DNA from: Paenibacillus sambharensis
GTDB lineage: Bacteria; Bacillota; Bacilli; Paenibacillales; Paenibacillaceae
NCBI RefSeq assembly: GCF_003233845.1
Contig: NZ_QKRB01000037.1
Location: forward strand, 83,464-107,463
Direction: 5' to 3'
DNA length: 24,000 nt
The notes beneath the pieces were generated by a model. The model was not told the DNA's origin. It did not search any database and worked only from the letters and a program-made list of their open reading frames with translations. The translations under genes and the position numbers were made by a program. The stretch's first letter is position 1; each line of letters opens with the position of its first letter. This document shows, piece after piece, positions 1-7,983 of the stretch.

Positions 1-100
1 TAAAGCCCATAATATAGCCCTGCTCTAGCTGGAATGATACATTCCTAAGCTGAAAATTGGGGAAGCTCTTGCTTACGTTTCGAACGTCTAATGCAAGCAT
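1..100 (-). CDS. ABC transporter ATP-binding protein, N-terminal fragment (gene runs off the left edge)
   Basis: Partial, so not in the ORF track. Minus-strand ATG at 100..98 follows GAGGAGGG (SD, about 9 nt upstream). The translation MLALDVRNVSKSFPNFQLRNVSFQLEQGYIMGF is the typical lead-in to the Walker A motif of ABC NBDs. Confidence 0.55.
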   Translation of the reverse strand, partial: MLALDVRNVSKSFPNFQLRNVSFQLEQGYIMGF

Positions 101-117
101 CTCCTTTGTCCCTCCTC

Positions 118-171
118 ATATTGTGCATATCGTGTATGCACAATATATCACGCAGGGGTTAAGGGAGTCAA
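118..171 (-). promoter_or_regulatory. Sigma-A-like promoter with an overlapping perfect palindromic operator, for the edge ABC gene
   Basis: On the minus strand: TTGACT (171..166), 18 nt, TATATT (147..142). ATATTGTGCATA (118-129), 5 nt, TATGCACAATAT (135-146) is a perfect 12-bp inverted repeat covering the -10 box and the start region. Confidence 0.5.
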
Positions 172-300
172 TAACTTCCTCAGTGGTACAATCCCGCGGG
201 CGCTAATTGTTGAAGAGGTTATTAAAGCCAATCGGAAATATCAGTTTATAAACTCTGAAGAAATCGTGTCACACCTGTGCTGCTTTCAATCCCCATATAT

Positions 301-775
301 TCAGCCATGCATCTGACGCGCGATTCCAAAAAAAAGACCAACAGAGCCGATTCGACGCAGCACCCGCCACTTATGATGCTCTAGCTCAACCTCCAGCGGC
401 TCTGACGCATTCAGCAGACTTGGCTGTATGTACTTCTCGGAGATATCATAATATCTTCGGGTACCTTTCTTGTGATGGATAATCAGCTCACCCGTCGAAT
501 TCCCCGACAGAAATAATGGCCAGATTCTTTTAATCGACAAGGCTTCTATCCTCATACAGCAACTCGGCGAGCATTCCCTTGGTAAATCCCTTGATTCGCG
601 ACTGTAACACCACTTCCGCGTTTTTGCCGCATACATCGATTGGATCGAATTGAATGCAGCTGGCCTGCCGAACAAAGTCTAATACGCCCTGCTTCCCGCT
701 AAATTTATATTCGCCCAAAAGCCCATGCTTCAACAACAGAAATTGCCTTGCCTGGCGCTTTGTTAACTGAATCAT
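301..775 (-). pseudogene. Decayed YcaQ-like winged-helix (DUF1006 / crosslink-repair glycosylase family) gene
   Basis: The N-terminal piece MIQLTKRQARQFLLLKHGLLGEYKF...IQFDPIDVCGKNAEVVLQSRIKGFTKGMLAELLYEDRSL (ATG at 775, SD AGAGGCAGG) stops at 530. A second frame (tracked ORF 301..675) carries GELIIHHKKGTRRYYDISEKYIQP...LEHHKWRVLRRIGSVGL, which resembles the middle of the same family. The two frames overlap. The total is far shorter than the roughly 350-400 aa I recall for intact family members. Confidence 0.45.
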
Positions 776-872
776 GTTCGCACCTGCCTCTAGTTTAGTG
801 CTGATTCCAATGCAGTATAACCCGTTAACAAGCGAATTCCTCCTATATGAGGACTCCATCCGTCTTAGACCA

Positions 873-904
873 ATAAAAAAAGGACGCAGGGAAATTCCCT
901 GCGC
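873..904 (-). terminator. Rho-independent terminator (minus strand)
   Basis: Stem CGCAGGG (885-891), loop AAATT, stem CCCTGCG (897-903). The plus-strand A-run at 874-881 gives a U-tract on the minus transcript, downstream of the 1032..1673 gene. Confidence 0.65.
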
Positions 905-1031
905 CCATCCGGTTCAATCCGTTAGATCAAGGTAGGAGCCTCTTCGCCAGTTTGTGAAATCGTATGCTTAAAAATGGACGGACTTCTCCCGTAATGGGAT
1001 TATTAGCGCAAGGTCTCTTTATCTTTCATTG

Positions 1032-1673
1032 TCATTCCGATTCAGCAACAACGGTAAACCGAGCGTTTATATGAAGTGGATTTTCGATTTCATCCAAGAC
1101 AGCGATTGCGTAATCGGCATAGCTGATATAGCTTTCACCTTTTGAATTGAACAGTAACTTTTCTCCACCTTTTTGATAAGTTCCCGTACGTTTTCCTGCC
1201 TCATCAAAAAAAGCTGCTGGACTGATATATGTCCATTGGATTCCGTTTGAGTTGCTTAGTTCTTCAAGATTTTGTCCCATATTTTTGGCAGTTGCAAGAT
1301 ATTCTTCGGGGAAATCAGGAGTATCAAAATTTCTTACTGTCTTCGCTTCATCTACAAACAAACTGCCTGCTCCTCCAACAACAATTAATCTTGTCGATGG
1401 CGTACCTTTAAGTGCTTCAATTAACACCCTTCCTGCTTCAACATGTTGATGTTCTTCTCCAGATGGGGCATTAAAAGCATTTACGACAATATCGAAATCC
1501 TTTAGATCTTCGGTCTCTAAGGCAAAAATATTCTTTTCCAATACAGTTACACTTTGATTTTGAACCTTCCCCGTATCACGAACGATCGCTGTAACGATGT
1601 GACCTCGTTCAACCGCTTCATTAAGAATAAGACTCCCAGCTTTACCACTTGCTCCAATAACACCAATCTTCAT
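1032..1673 (-). CDS. NAD(P)H-binding atypical SDR oxidoreductase (YwnB-like), 213 aa
   Basis: Tracked ORF. N-terminal Rossmann motif MKIGVIGASGKAGSLILNEAVERGH. SD AGGAGGA lies 8 nt upstream of the ATG. Adjacent to an Rrf2 regulator, as with B. subtilis ywnA/ywnB. Confidence 0.85.
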   Translation of the reverse strand: MKIGVIGASGKAGSLILNEAVERGHIVTAIVRDTGKVQNQSVTVLEKNIFALETEDLKDFDIVVNAFNAPSGEEHQHVEAGRVLIEALKGTPSTRLIVVGGAGSLFVDEAKTVRNFDTPDFPEEYLATAKNMGQNLEELSNSNGIQWTYISPAAFFDEAGKRTGTYQKGGEKLLFNSKGESYISYADYAIAVLDEIENPLHINARFTVVAESE

Positions 1674-1708
1674 TTTTATTTCCTCCTAAGTATTTAATCA
1701 ATCCAACC

Positions 1709-1763
1709 TGTATTCATTATAATTACATGTAACCATTATAGTTACAGGTTAGCCATCTGTCAA
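1709..1763 (-). promoter_or_regulatory. Promoter (TTGACA-17-TATAAT, minus strand) overlapped by two abutting 19-bp palindromic boxes, a likely Rrf2 operator
   Basis: Box 1 is TGTATTCATTATAATTACA (1709-1727). Box 2 is TGTAACCATTATAGTTACA (1728-1746). Minus-strand -35 TTGACA is at 1763..1758 and -10 TATAAT at 1740..1735, inside box 2. Confidence 0.55.
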
Positions 1764-1931
1764 ACAGTATAATATGGCTTAGCATTTATTCCGGTTTAAT
1801 AAAGTTCTTATAATGAATCTAGGTTTGACAGAACCCAGACAAATATCTAACATTGGTGCATGTAGTGAGTTTAGTAGTAACTCCACCAACGTTATACACA
1901 AAATTTTATAATAAAAAGTGGTGATCAAAAA

Positions 1932-2369
1932 ATGAGCATTAGCAGTCGATTTTCCGTTGGAATCCATATCCTTGCCTTGTTGGAAATCGATAAAACTGAG
2001 GTCAATACATCTGAGAATATCGCGATGAGTGTAAACACCAACCCTGCCGTTATAAGAAAAATAACAGGAATGTTAAAAAAGGCTGGACTGGTTAATGTAC
2101 AGCCTGGAATTGCTGGTGCAAAACTAGCTAAGGACATTTCGGAAATAACCTTGCTGGATGTCTATCGGGCGGTAAACGCTGTACAGGAAGATGAATTGTT
2201 TACCGTCCACGCCAAACCTAATCCTGATTGTCCCGTAGGCAGAAACATTCAAAGTTCCGTTGAAATTCAATTTACTGCCGCTCAACGGGCTTTGGAAAAT
2301 GAGTTGGAAAACAGAACAATAAGAGATGTTGTTGATGATATTTTGAATAAAGAACCATTAGAATCATAG
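1932..2369 (+). CDS. Rrf2 (BadM/Rrf2) family transcriptional regulator (YwnA-like), 145 aa
   Basis: Tracked ORF. MSISSRFSVGIHILALLEI...NPAVIRKITGMLKKAGLV is the Rrf2 winged-helix signature. Divergent from the oxidoreductase gene. Confidence 0.85.
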   Translation: MSISSRFSVGIHILALLEIDKTEVNTSENIAMSVNTNPAVIRKITGMLKKAGLVNVQPGIAGAKLAKDISEITLLDVYRAVNAVQEDELFTVHAKPNPDCPVGRNIQSSVEIQFTAAQRALENELENRTIRDVVDDILNKEPLES

Positions 2370-2559
2370 AAGGTCCGTATCGGTCAAACGCTCTCCCTGA
2401 TCCAAAAAACAGACCGACTTGTGAGATATTTTTTTCCATCGCATATAAAGTTAAGAAACATTACGCCTCCTGCCGCAACTCCTATCAAAAAAATGAGCAA
2501 GGAAGGAAATAGCACCCGTTTTTCCACAATCTCCGAAATACCCGATCCCCTCTACTTGC

Positions 2560-3009
2560 CTATCCCTTACGAGCAGCGGCTGAGTAAAAGACATCACTAT
2601 GCATATGCTGAATTCTCTCCCAATTGGCGGGGTTGGTTGTGTCTGGGGCCCGGTTATCCAGAATGGCTTGATACAGGGTTGTCTTCTCCTCCAAATGAGC
2701 CACGTGCCGTTTGGCTTCTTCGAGTTTGGCGAGCGCGGCTTCTTTATGCTCCATCATCAGTTTGTAGCGCTGTGGAATGGTGGAATCCCCCTCGAGACAT
2801 AAATCGATATACATCTTAATGACTTCGATCGGCATCCCGGATTGCTTGAGGCATTTGATGCCATGGAGCCAATTGATCGATTCTTCGTCGAACATCCGGA
2901 TATTATTCGGGTTGCGCTGTACGCTTGGCACCAAGCCTTTATCGGTGTAATAGCGTACGGCATGCTCGGTAAATCCCGTGATCTGGGCGGCTTCCTTGAC
3001 CGTATACAT
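2560..3009 (-). CDS. MerR family transcriptional regulator, 149 aa
   Basis: Tracked ORF 2560..3162, trimmed to the ATG at 3009 (SD AAGGGGGA). MYTVKEAAQITGFTEHAVRYYTDKGLVP is a MerR helix-turn-helix (HTH) and a coiled-coil follows. The upstream extension of the tracked ORF has no SD. Confidence 0.85.
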   Translation of the reverse strand: MYTVKEAAQITGFTEHAVRYYTDKGLVPSVQRNPNNIRMFDEESINWLHGIKCLKQSGMPIEVIKMYIDLCLEGDSTIPQRYKLMMEHKEAALAKLEEAKRHVAHLEEKTTLYQAILDNRAPDTTNPANWERIQHMHSDVFYSAAARKG

Positions 3010-3047
3010 GTGAAATCCCCCTTGGAAAAAAAAAGAATAACAGCCTC

Positions 3048-3078
3048 TTGCCTTCGTGTAACACGAAGGTATTAAGCT
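3048..3078 (+). promoter_or_regulatory. MerR-type promoter/operator in front of the aldo-keto reductase gene
   Basis: TTGCCT (3048-3053), then the palindrome CCTTCGTGT-A-ACACGAAGG (3051-3069; 9-bp arms), then TATTAA (3070-3075, 16-nt spacer) or TAAGCT (3073-3078, 19-nt spacer). The dyad lies inside the spacer, as in MerR-controlled promoters. Confidence 0.5.
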
Positions 3079-3184
3079 TATTGTAATACAGCTGAGCCGC
3101 ATATGGGAATTTCCACTTGAAACCCCAATCATTCGGGATGCGCGGCGGCTGCTGTTATACACTTACACAGTGGGAGGAATTGCC

Positions 3185-4036
<852 letters not shown>

Positions 4037-4068
4037 ACTTGTGCAACGCTTATAGAACTATATTAATA

Positions 4069-4095
4069 GGCATCCGCCCGGATGCCTTTATTTAT
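4069..4095 (+). terminator. Rho-independent terminator
   Basis: GGCATCCG (4069-4076) pairs with CGGATGCC (4079-4086) and is followed by TTTATTTAT. Confidence 0.7.
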
Positions 4096-4142
4096 GTAAT
4101 CTATGTGATTCTATATGCACGCCTGCCCGCTTTGATGCCCGT

Positions 4143-4200
4143 TTGACAAATAGAAAAATCAGCATTACTATGACTATAGTCATAAAATGACCGTGGTCAT
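4143..4200 (+). promoter_or_regulatory. Promoter TTGACA-17-TACTAT with two 14-bp palindromes, a likely TetR operator pair
   Basis: TTGACA 4143-4148 and TACTAT 4166-4171. ATGACTATAGTCAT (4170-4183) and ATGACCGTGGTCAT (4187-4200) share ATGAC/GTCAT arms and sit on and after the -10 box. Confidence 0.6.
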
Positions 4201-4221
4201 ATTGAGGAGGGAGACAAAATA

Positions 4222-4830
4222 ATGCTGAGGGAATCGCGTAAAAAGGAATTAAAGGAACACATTTTTCTACAAGCTCTCCAGCTTTTTTATGATAAAGGGT
4301 ATGAACAGGTTACGGTTCAGGAGATTACAGCCAAGTGCGGCATTGGGAAAGGAACCTTTTTTAATTATTTCGCTAAGAAAGAAGACATACTGCTTTACCT
4401 TGGAGAATCCCAGATCGAGCTGCTGCAGCAGAGCATCGAGAAGCATCGGAATATCGGTCATCCCAAAGAACAAATTATGCACGCGCTGAACGATCTGCTT
4501 CTTCATTTCTCATCCCATAGCGAACTCATGAAGCTGGCTACAATAGAAATCATGAAGTCGGCTTCTCTTGCCGGGAAAGAATCAAAGAGCGTTCAACAAT
4601 TGCATCTGCAGCTGGCATCCATGCTCGACCGAGCCAAACAAGACGGTAAGCTGCACAGCCGCTGGGAAACGGATGTCATCGTCACAACAATTGTCGGTGT
4701 CTATTTCCATACCATTCTGTCATGGGCCCTGCTGGAAGCCCAACATACAACCATAAGCGAGTCATTTCGAAAACAATTGGATGTCGTATGGGAAGGTATT
4801 GATCCGTACATAGGAGGTGGAGATAAGTGA
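4222..4830 (+). CDS. TetR/AcrR family transcriptional regulator, 202 aa
   Basis: Tracked ORF. The N-terminal HTH is YEQVTVQEITAKCGIGKGTFFNYFAKKEDIL. SD GAGGAGGGAG. Confidence 0.85.
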   Translation: MLRESRKKELKEHIFLQALQLFYDKGYEQVTVQEITAKCGIGKGTFFNYFAKKEDILLYLGESQIELLQQSIEKHRNIGHPKEQIMHALNDLLLHFSSHSELMKLATIEIMKSASLAGKESKSVQQLHLQLASMLDRAKQDGKLHSRWETDVIVTTIVGVYFHTILSWALLEAQHTTISESFRKQLDVVWEGIDPYIGGGDK

Positions 4831-5966
4831 TGCCACAGACCATCCTGATTATAGGCGGCGGAATCGCAGGTCTATGCTCCGCGATCACCCTGCAGCAAAT
4901 GGGATTGAAGGTGAAACTATACGAAAAAAATACCGGGCCAGCGGTATCTGGTGCGGGTATCATTATCGCTCCGAATGCTTTGCAGGCGCTACAGCCATAC
5001 CGCATTGCCGACGAGATCATTCGTCAAGGTAATCCAGGCGACGGATTCCATCTGTTATCGGATCGGGGACGGCCTATTTCAAGACTTACAGTCCCTTCTG
5101 ATTATGGCAGCCTATATTCCATCCATCGCAAGGATCTGCATCGTATTCTCTTATCTGCGCTCGCTCCCGGTACGTTAGAATGGGGAAAATCTTGCTCGCG
5201 TCTTGAACACAAGGATAATCACGTTCGGGTTGCGTTCAGCGACGGCAGTCATGCGGTCGCTGACCTGGTTGTCGCCGCGGATGGCATCCACTCTAAAGTA
5301 CGCAAACAGCTGTTTCCAAAAGATACGTATCGCTATGCCGGCTATACCTGCTGGCGTGGTGTTGTTCCGGCTGACGTCCTTCCAGGCCTCTCTAACCGGT
5401 TTATCGAAACATGGGGAACGAAAGGCCGTTTCGGCATTGTCCCGCTGCCAAACAAGCAGGTGTATTGGTATGCGCTTATCAATGCCCGCCAAAACGATCC
5501 CCGTATCGACAATTATTCCACGAAGGATCTTCACCGCCTGTTCCAGAACTATCATGATCCCATACCCACCCTTTTGCTCAGAGCGGCATCCCATGACATG
5601 ATCCACCGTGATATCGTGGATATTACACCGATGGAACGCTTTTACTCCAATCGGGTTGTTTTTATCGGCGATGCTGCGCATGCCATTACCCCTAATATGG
5701 GGCAGGGAGCCTGCCAAGCGATTGAGGATGCGTCTGTTTTAGCCGACTGCCTTCGCATACAGCGTAATTACCAGGAAGCGTTCGCAGATTACGATGCCAG
5801 ACGAAGGAAGAGAATCAAACAAATTGCTGATCAATCTTGGAAGATTGGAAAAGTGGCACAATCGGAGAGCTTCCTATTCACCACTATCCGAAATCACCTC
5901 ATGAAGCATGCCCCTAAATGGATCTCTCGCAGCCAGGCACAGCGCTTGTACCAGTTTCAGCTCTAG
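4830..5966 (+). CDS. FAD-dependent monooxygenase (UbiH / salicylate hydroxylase-like), about 378 aa
   Basis: Tracked ORF 4827..5966. ILIIGGGIAGLCSAITLQQMGLKVKLYEK is the FAD GxGxxG fold. DGIHSKVR and GDAAHAITPNMGQGACQAIEDA are flavin monooxygenase motifs. The start (GTG 4827 or ATG 4830) overlaps the TetR stop, which suggests an operon. Confidence 0.85.
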   Translation: MPQTILIIGGGIAGLCSAITLQQMGLKVKLYEKNTGPAVSGAGIIIAPNALQALQPYRIADEIIRQGNPGDGFHLLSDRGRPISRLTVPSDYGSLYSIHRKDLHRILLSALAPGTLEWGKSCSRLEHKDNHVRVAFSDGSHAVADLVVAADGIHSKVRKQLFPKDTYRYAGYTCWRGVVPADVLPGLSNRFIETWGTKGRFGIVPLPNKQVYWYALINARQNDPRIDNYSTKDLHRLFQNYHDPIPTLLLRAASHDMIHRDIVDITPMERFYSNRVVFIGDAAHAITPNMGQGACQAIEDASVLADCLRIQRNYQEAFADYDARRRKRIKQIADQSWKIGKVAQSESFLFTTIRNHLMKHAPKWISRSQAQRLYQFQL

Positions 5967-5975
5967 GGCTGAAGC

Positions 5976-6012
5976 GCCATCCCGTCCGGAATGGCTGGGA
6001 TGGCTTTAATTG
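5976..6012 (+). terminator. Probable terminator between convergent genes
   Basis: GCCATCCC (5976-5983) pairs with GGGATGGC (5997-6004) across a 13-nt loop and is followed by TTTAATT. Confidence 0.5.
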
Positions 6013-6027
6013 AGCTCTCTGCCCCGA

Positions 6028-6924
6028 CTACACTTTACGTACCGCAAACCAGAGTTCGATGTAATTAAGCCCATCTTTATCACCGGTCAGTTCGAACTCT
6101 AACCCGTCCACCTGTTGATAACCTGATGCGGGGAGCCATTCGGTGTAAAACCGTTTGTACAGCGTTTCGATCGTTGTTCCGAATTGATCCCACGGATGCG
6201 GCTCCGACGGAAAAATCGCCCATGTATGCGCCGGGATACTTACCGTGGTGTACCCGTCCGCGCTGCTGCCTTCGCCTTTGAAGGCGCACAGCATGTACGG
6301 AAACGTGTCCGGTTCGGTTTTCCGGTAGCTGCATACTGCATGTACGAGATGCAAATCCCGGCTGACGAACGATGGCACCTCACCCGCACACGCTTCAAGC
6401 CGCTTCACGTCACCGTTCGCATGGCTCTGCTCCCACAGCTTCGCCGGTGTCTGCGGCGCCTCCCCGCCCCCATCGACGCGGAATATCCCTTCAATGCCGA
6501 ACACTTCGAAACTTTCCTTTGTTTCAATCCTATAATTCATGGCCTCTGCCCCTTTGATTGAGATAAGGAAGGACAGACGGGGGTAAGCTTTGAGGGCTTT
6601 CCCTTCCTGACGGGCCATGGCTGGCGTAATCCCATGCAGCGCATGAAATGCCCGCGCGAACGAGACTGGTGATTCGTAGCCGTATTTCAGGGCTACATCG
6701 ATCACCTTCTCCGCCCCGCTGTGCTGAAGCTCCAGCGCGGCAAGCGTCAGTCGTCTCCGCCTAATGTACTCTGCCAGTGTCACGTCCGTAATGAACGAGA
6801 ACATCCGCTGGAACTGATACGACGAACAGCAGGCCATGCGGGCCGCTTCCTTCAGCTCGATCTCCCCAGTCAGGTTTGCTTCAATATAGTCTATCGCCCG
6901 GTTCATCCGCTCCAGCCATTCCAT
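6028..6924 (-). CDS. AraC family transcriptional regulator with a C-terminal GyrI-like effector-binding domain, 298 aa
   Basis: Tracked ORF 6028..6981, trimmed to the ATG at 6924 (SD GAGAGGGGGGA). MEWLERMNRAIDYIEANL...YESPVSFARAFHALHGITP is the AraC HTH pair. The C-terminal half (YRIETKESFEVFG...WAIF...YIELWFAV) looks like a GyrI/Rob-type ligand domain. Confidence 0.85.
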   Translation of the reverse strand: MEWLERMNRAIDYIEANLTGEIELKEAARMACCSSYQFQRMFSFITDVTLAEYIRRRRLTLAALELQHSGAEKVIDVALKYGYESPVSFARAFHALHGITPAMARQEGKALKAYPRLSFLISIKGAEAMNYRIETKESFEVFGIEGIFRVDGGGEAPQTPAKLWEQSHANGDVKRLEACAGEVPSFVSRDLHLVHAVCSYRKTEPDTFPYMLCAFKGEGSSADGYTTVSIPAHTWAIFPSEPHPWDQFGTTIETLYKRFYTEWLPASGYQQVDGLEFELTGDKDGLNYIELWFAVRKV

Positions 6925-7010
6925 CTTAATCCCCCCTCTCAAGTTTAAGTATAGGCGAGGCAGCAAACAGCTTCGCAACAATTTGTGCCCTAAAAAGTTG
7001 CGATAGCAAG

Positions 7011-7068
7011 AACTTGCCTTTATTTATGATAAGTTTCTTCACGCTGTCTTTATCGGCAAGTTTTACGG
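7011..7068 (+). repeat. Dispersed intergenic repeat, copy C
   Basis: AACTTGCC-TT-TATTTATGATAAGTTTCTTCACGCTGTCTTTATCGGCAAGTTTTACGG. By hand alignment it matches copy A at 35 of 48 positions. The terminal AACTTGCC and GGCAAGTT are inverted. Confidence 0.6.
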
Positions 7069-7118
7069 AGTTTAAGAGTCATTACGTTTTAAACCGAACA
7101 AACTCTGGTTTTAGAAAA

Positions 7119-7170
7119 AGGGCTTAGGCAGACGTATATAGCCACTCTGCTTAAGCCCTTTTCCTTTTTA
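7119..7170 (-). terminator. Rho-independent terminator of the yjdF-like gene (hairpin usable on both strands)
   Basis: GGGCTTAGGCAGA (7120-7132) pairs with TCTGCTTAAGCCC (7146-7158), 12 of 13 positions. T-runs flank it on both strands. Confidence 0.6.
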
Positions 7171-7201
7171 TCAGCACCAAATTGAATCAAGAGAGATTGG
7201 C

Positions 7202-7618
7202 CTATCTTCCCCGGCGCTTTAGCTTCGCTTTCTGTATCCGGAGCTGATATTTCCGTTCCTTCTCTTCCTCCAACTGCTGCCGACTGAACTCTTTCCGCTG
7301 TTTTTTCCGGCATTCCATCTCGAGTTTTATGGCCTCCTGGGCCCGAGTTGAAACCCCTCGCTGAGCAAGTTCCTTCGCTGCCTGGCGCGCCAGTCTTTTT
7401 GGATTGCCCCGATTCAACCGACGATGTCCGCCTTCCGAAGTTTGAGTGGCTCGTTCAATTAAGGGCATCATGATCTTCTGAACGAAGTACATGACCTCGG
7501 CATCCTTCGGCTCACTGCCAAATATGTGCCGTGACACCTTAAGCCTACTATTCTCCTCCTGCTCTAGGACACCCACCCAATACTTCATGCCCTCATCAAA
7601 AAAAACGGTAAGCTTCAT
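7202..7618 (-). CDS. yjdF: YjdF family protein (DUF2992), 138 aa
   Basis: Tracked ORF 7202..7681, trimmed to the ATG at 7618 (SD GAGGGGGAG). MKLTVFFDEGMKYWVGVLEQEENSRLKVSRHIFGSEPKDAEVMYFV plus a basic K/R/E-rich tail matches the B. subtilis YjdF pattern as I recall it. Confidence 0.75.
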   Translation of the reverse strand: MKLTVFFDEGMKYWVGVLEQEENSRLKVSRHIFGSEPKDAEVMYFVQKIMMPLIERATQTSEGGHRRLNRGNPKRLARQAAKELAQRGVSTRAQEAIKLEMECRKKQRKEFSRQQLEEEKERKYQLRIQKAKLKRRGR

Positions 7619-7621
7619 ACT

Positions 7622-7740
7622 TGCTCCCCCTCTAGCGTTACTTGGAGTGAAGGACATCCCGAGGGGGAAGGTTACTGACACAAGAAACGACAGCTTCCCT
7701 GTGCGCCCGGACTACCGACCGAGCAGTGTTTTTACACTCC
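7622..7740 (-). ncRNA. Candidate yjdF-type (azaaromatic) riboswitch in the 5' leader
   Basis: A leader of about 120 nt lies between the promoter and the yjdF-like ATG. GGAGUG pairs with CACUCC as a closing helix, and GGGAAG pairs with CUUCCC as an internal helix. A CCUUCCCCCUC tract is complementary to the SD GAGGGGGAG. This genomic context is the defining one for the yjdF motif. No covariance-model search was run. Confidence 0.5.
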
Positions 7741-7746
7741 ATCTTC

Positions 7747-7776
7747 ATTATAAAAGAGACTAGTTGAAAGCTTCAA
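7747..7776 (-). promoter_or_regulatory. Promoter for the yjdF leader
   Basis: On the minus strand: TTGAAG (7776..7771), 18 nt, TATAAT (7752..7747). Confidence 0.45.
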
Positions 7777-7870
7777 TTCTTCGGCTTTGTCTTACATATA
7801 ATTTTCCTTCCAACACACCATACAGCGCCTTCATCATTCCTTTGATACCCTACTTATGATAAGGTTTAGT

Positions 7871-7900
7871 GTGACATTCATACTATTACCACAATATACT
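7871..7900 (+). promoter_or_regulatory. Possible promoter of the NBD-LytTR regulator gene
   Basis: GTGACA (7871-7876), 18 nt, TATACT (7895-7900). This is the best sigma-A-like match in an AT-rich 300-bp gap, so it is a weak call. Confidence 0.3.
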
Positions 7901-7983
7901 GGTTGTTTATTTTCGGAAATGAAGGATTTAAAAAGATATTTTTTATATAAGAGTTAATTATCTTAGAGTGTGAGGTAGAAACG

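Noticed and set aside
2384-2527. Possible 47-aa (GTG 2527) or 25-aa (ATG 2461, after AGGAGG) minus-strand sORF downstream of the MerR gene, with a hydrophobic stretch VLFPSLLIFLIGVAAGGVMFLNFI
   Set aside because: SD spacing is poor for every candidate start (3-4 nt). There is no supporting context. The tracked plus-strand ORF 2421..2819 over the same DNA is also spurious. The sORF cannot be supported from sequence alone.
5175-5717. 180-aa minus-strand ORF opposite the FAD monooxygenase gene, and the similar ORF at 18009..18518 opposite the protease gene
   Set aside because: Both are antisense shadows of well-supported genes.
7831-7845. Single ATCATTCC half-site upstream of the LytTR fusion gene, a possible sign of autoregulation
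   Set aside because: No second repeat lies at plus or minus 21 bp, so the LytTR direct-repeat geometry seen at 9149-9183 is not reproduced.
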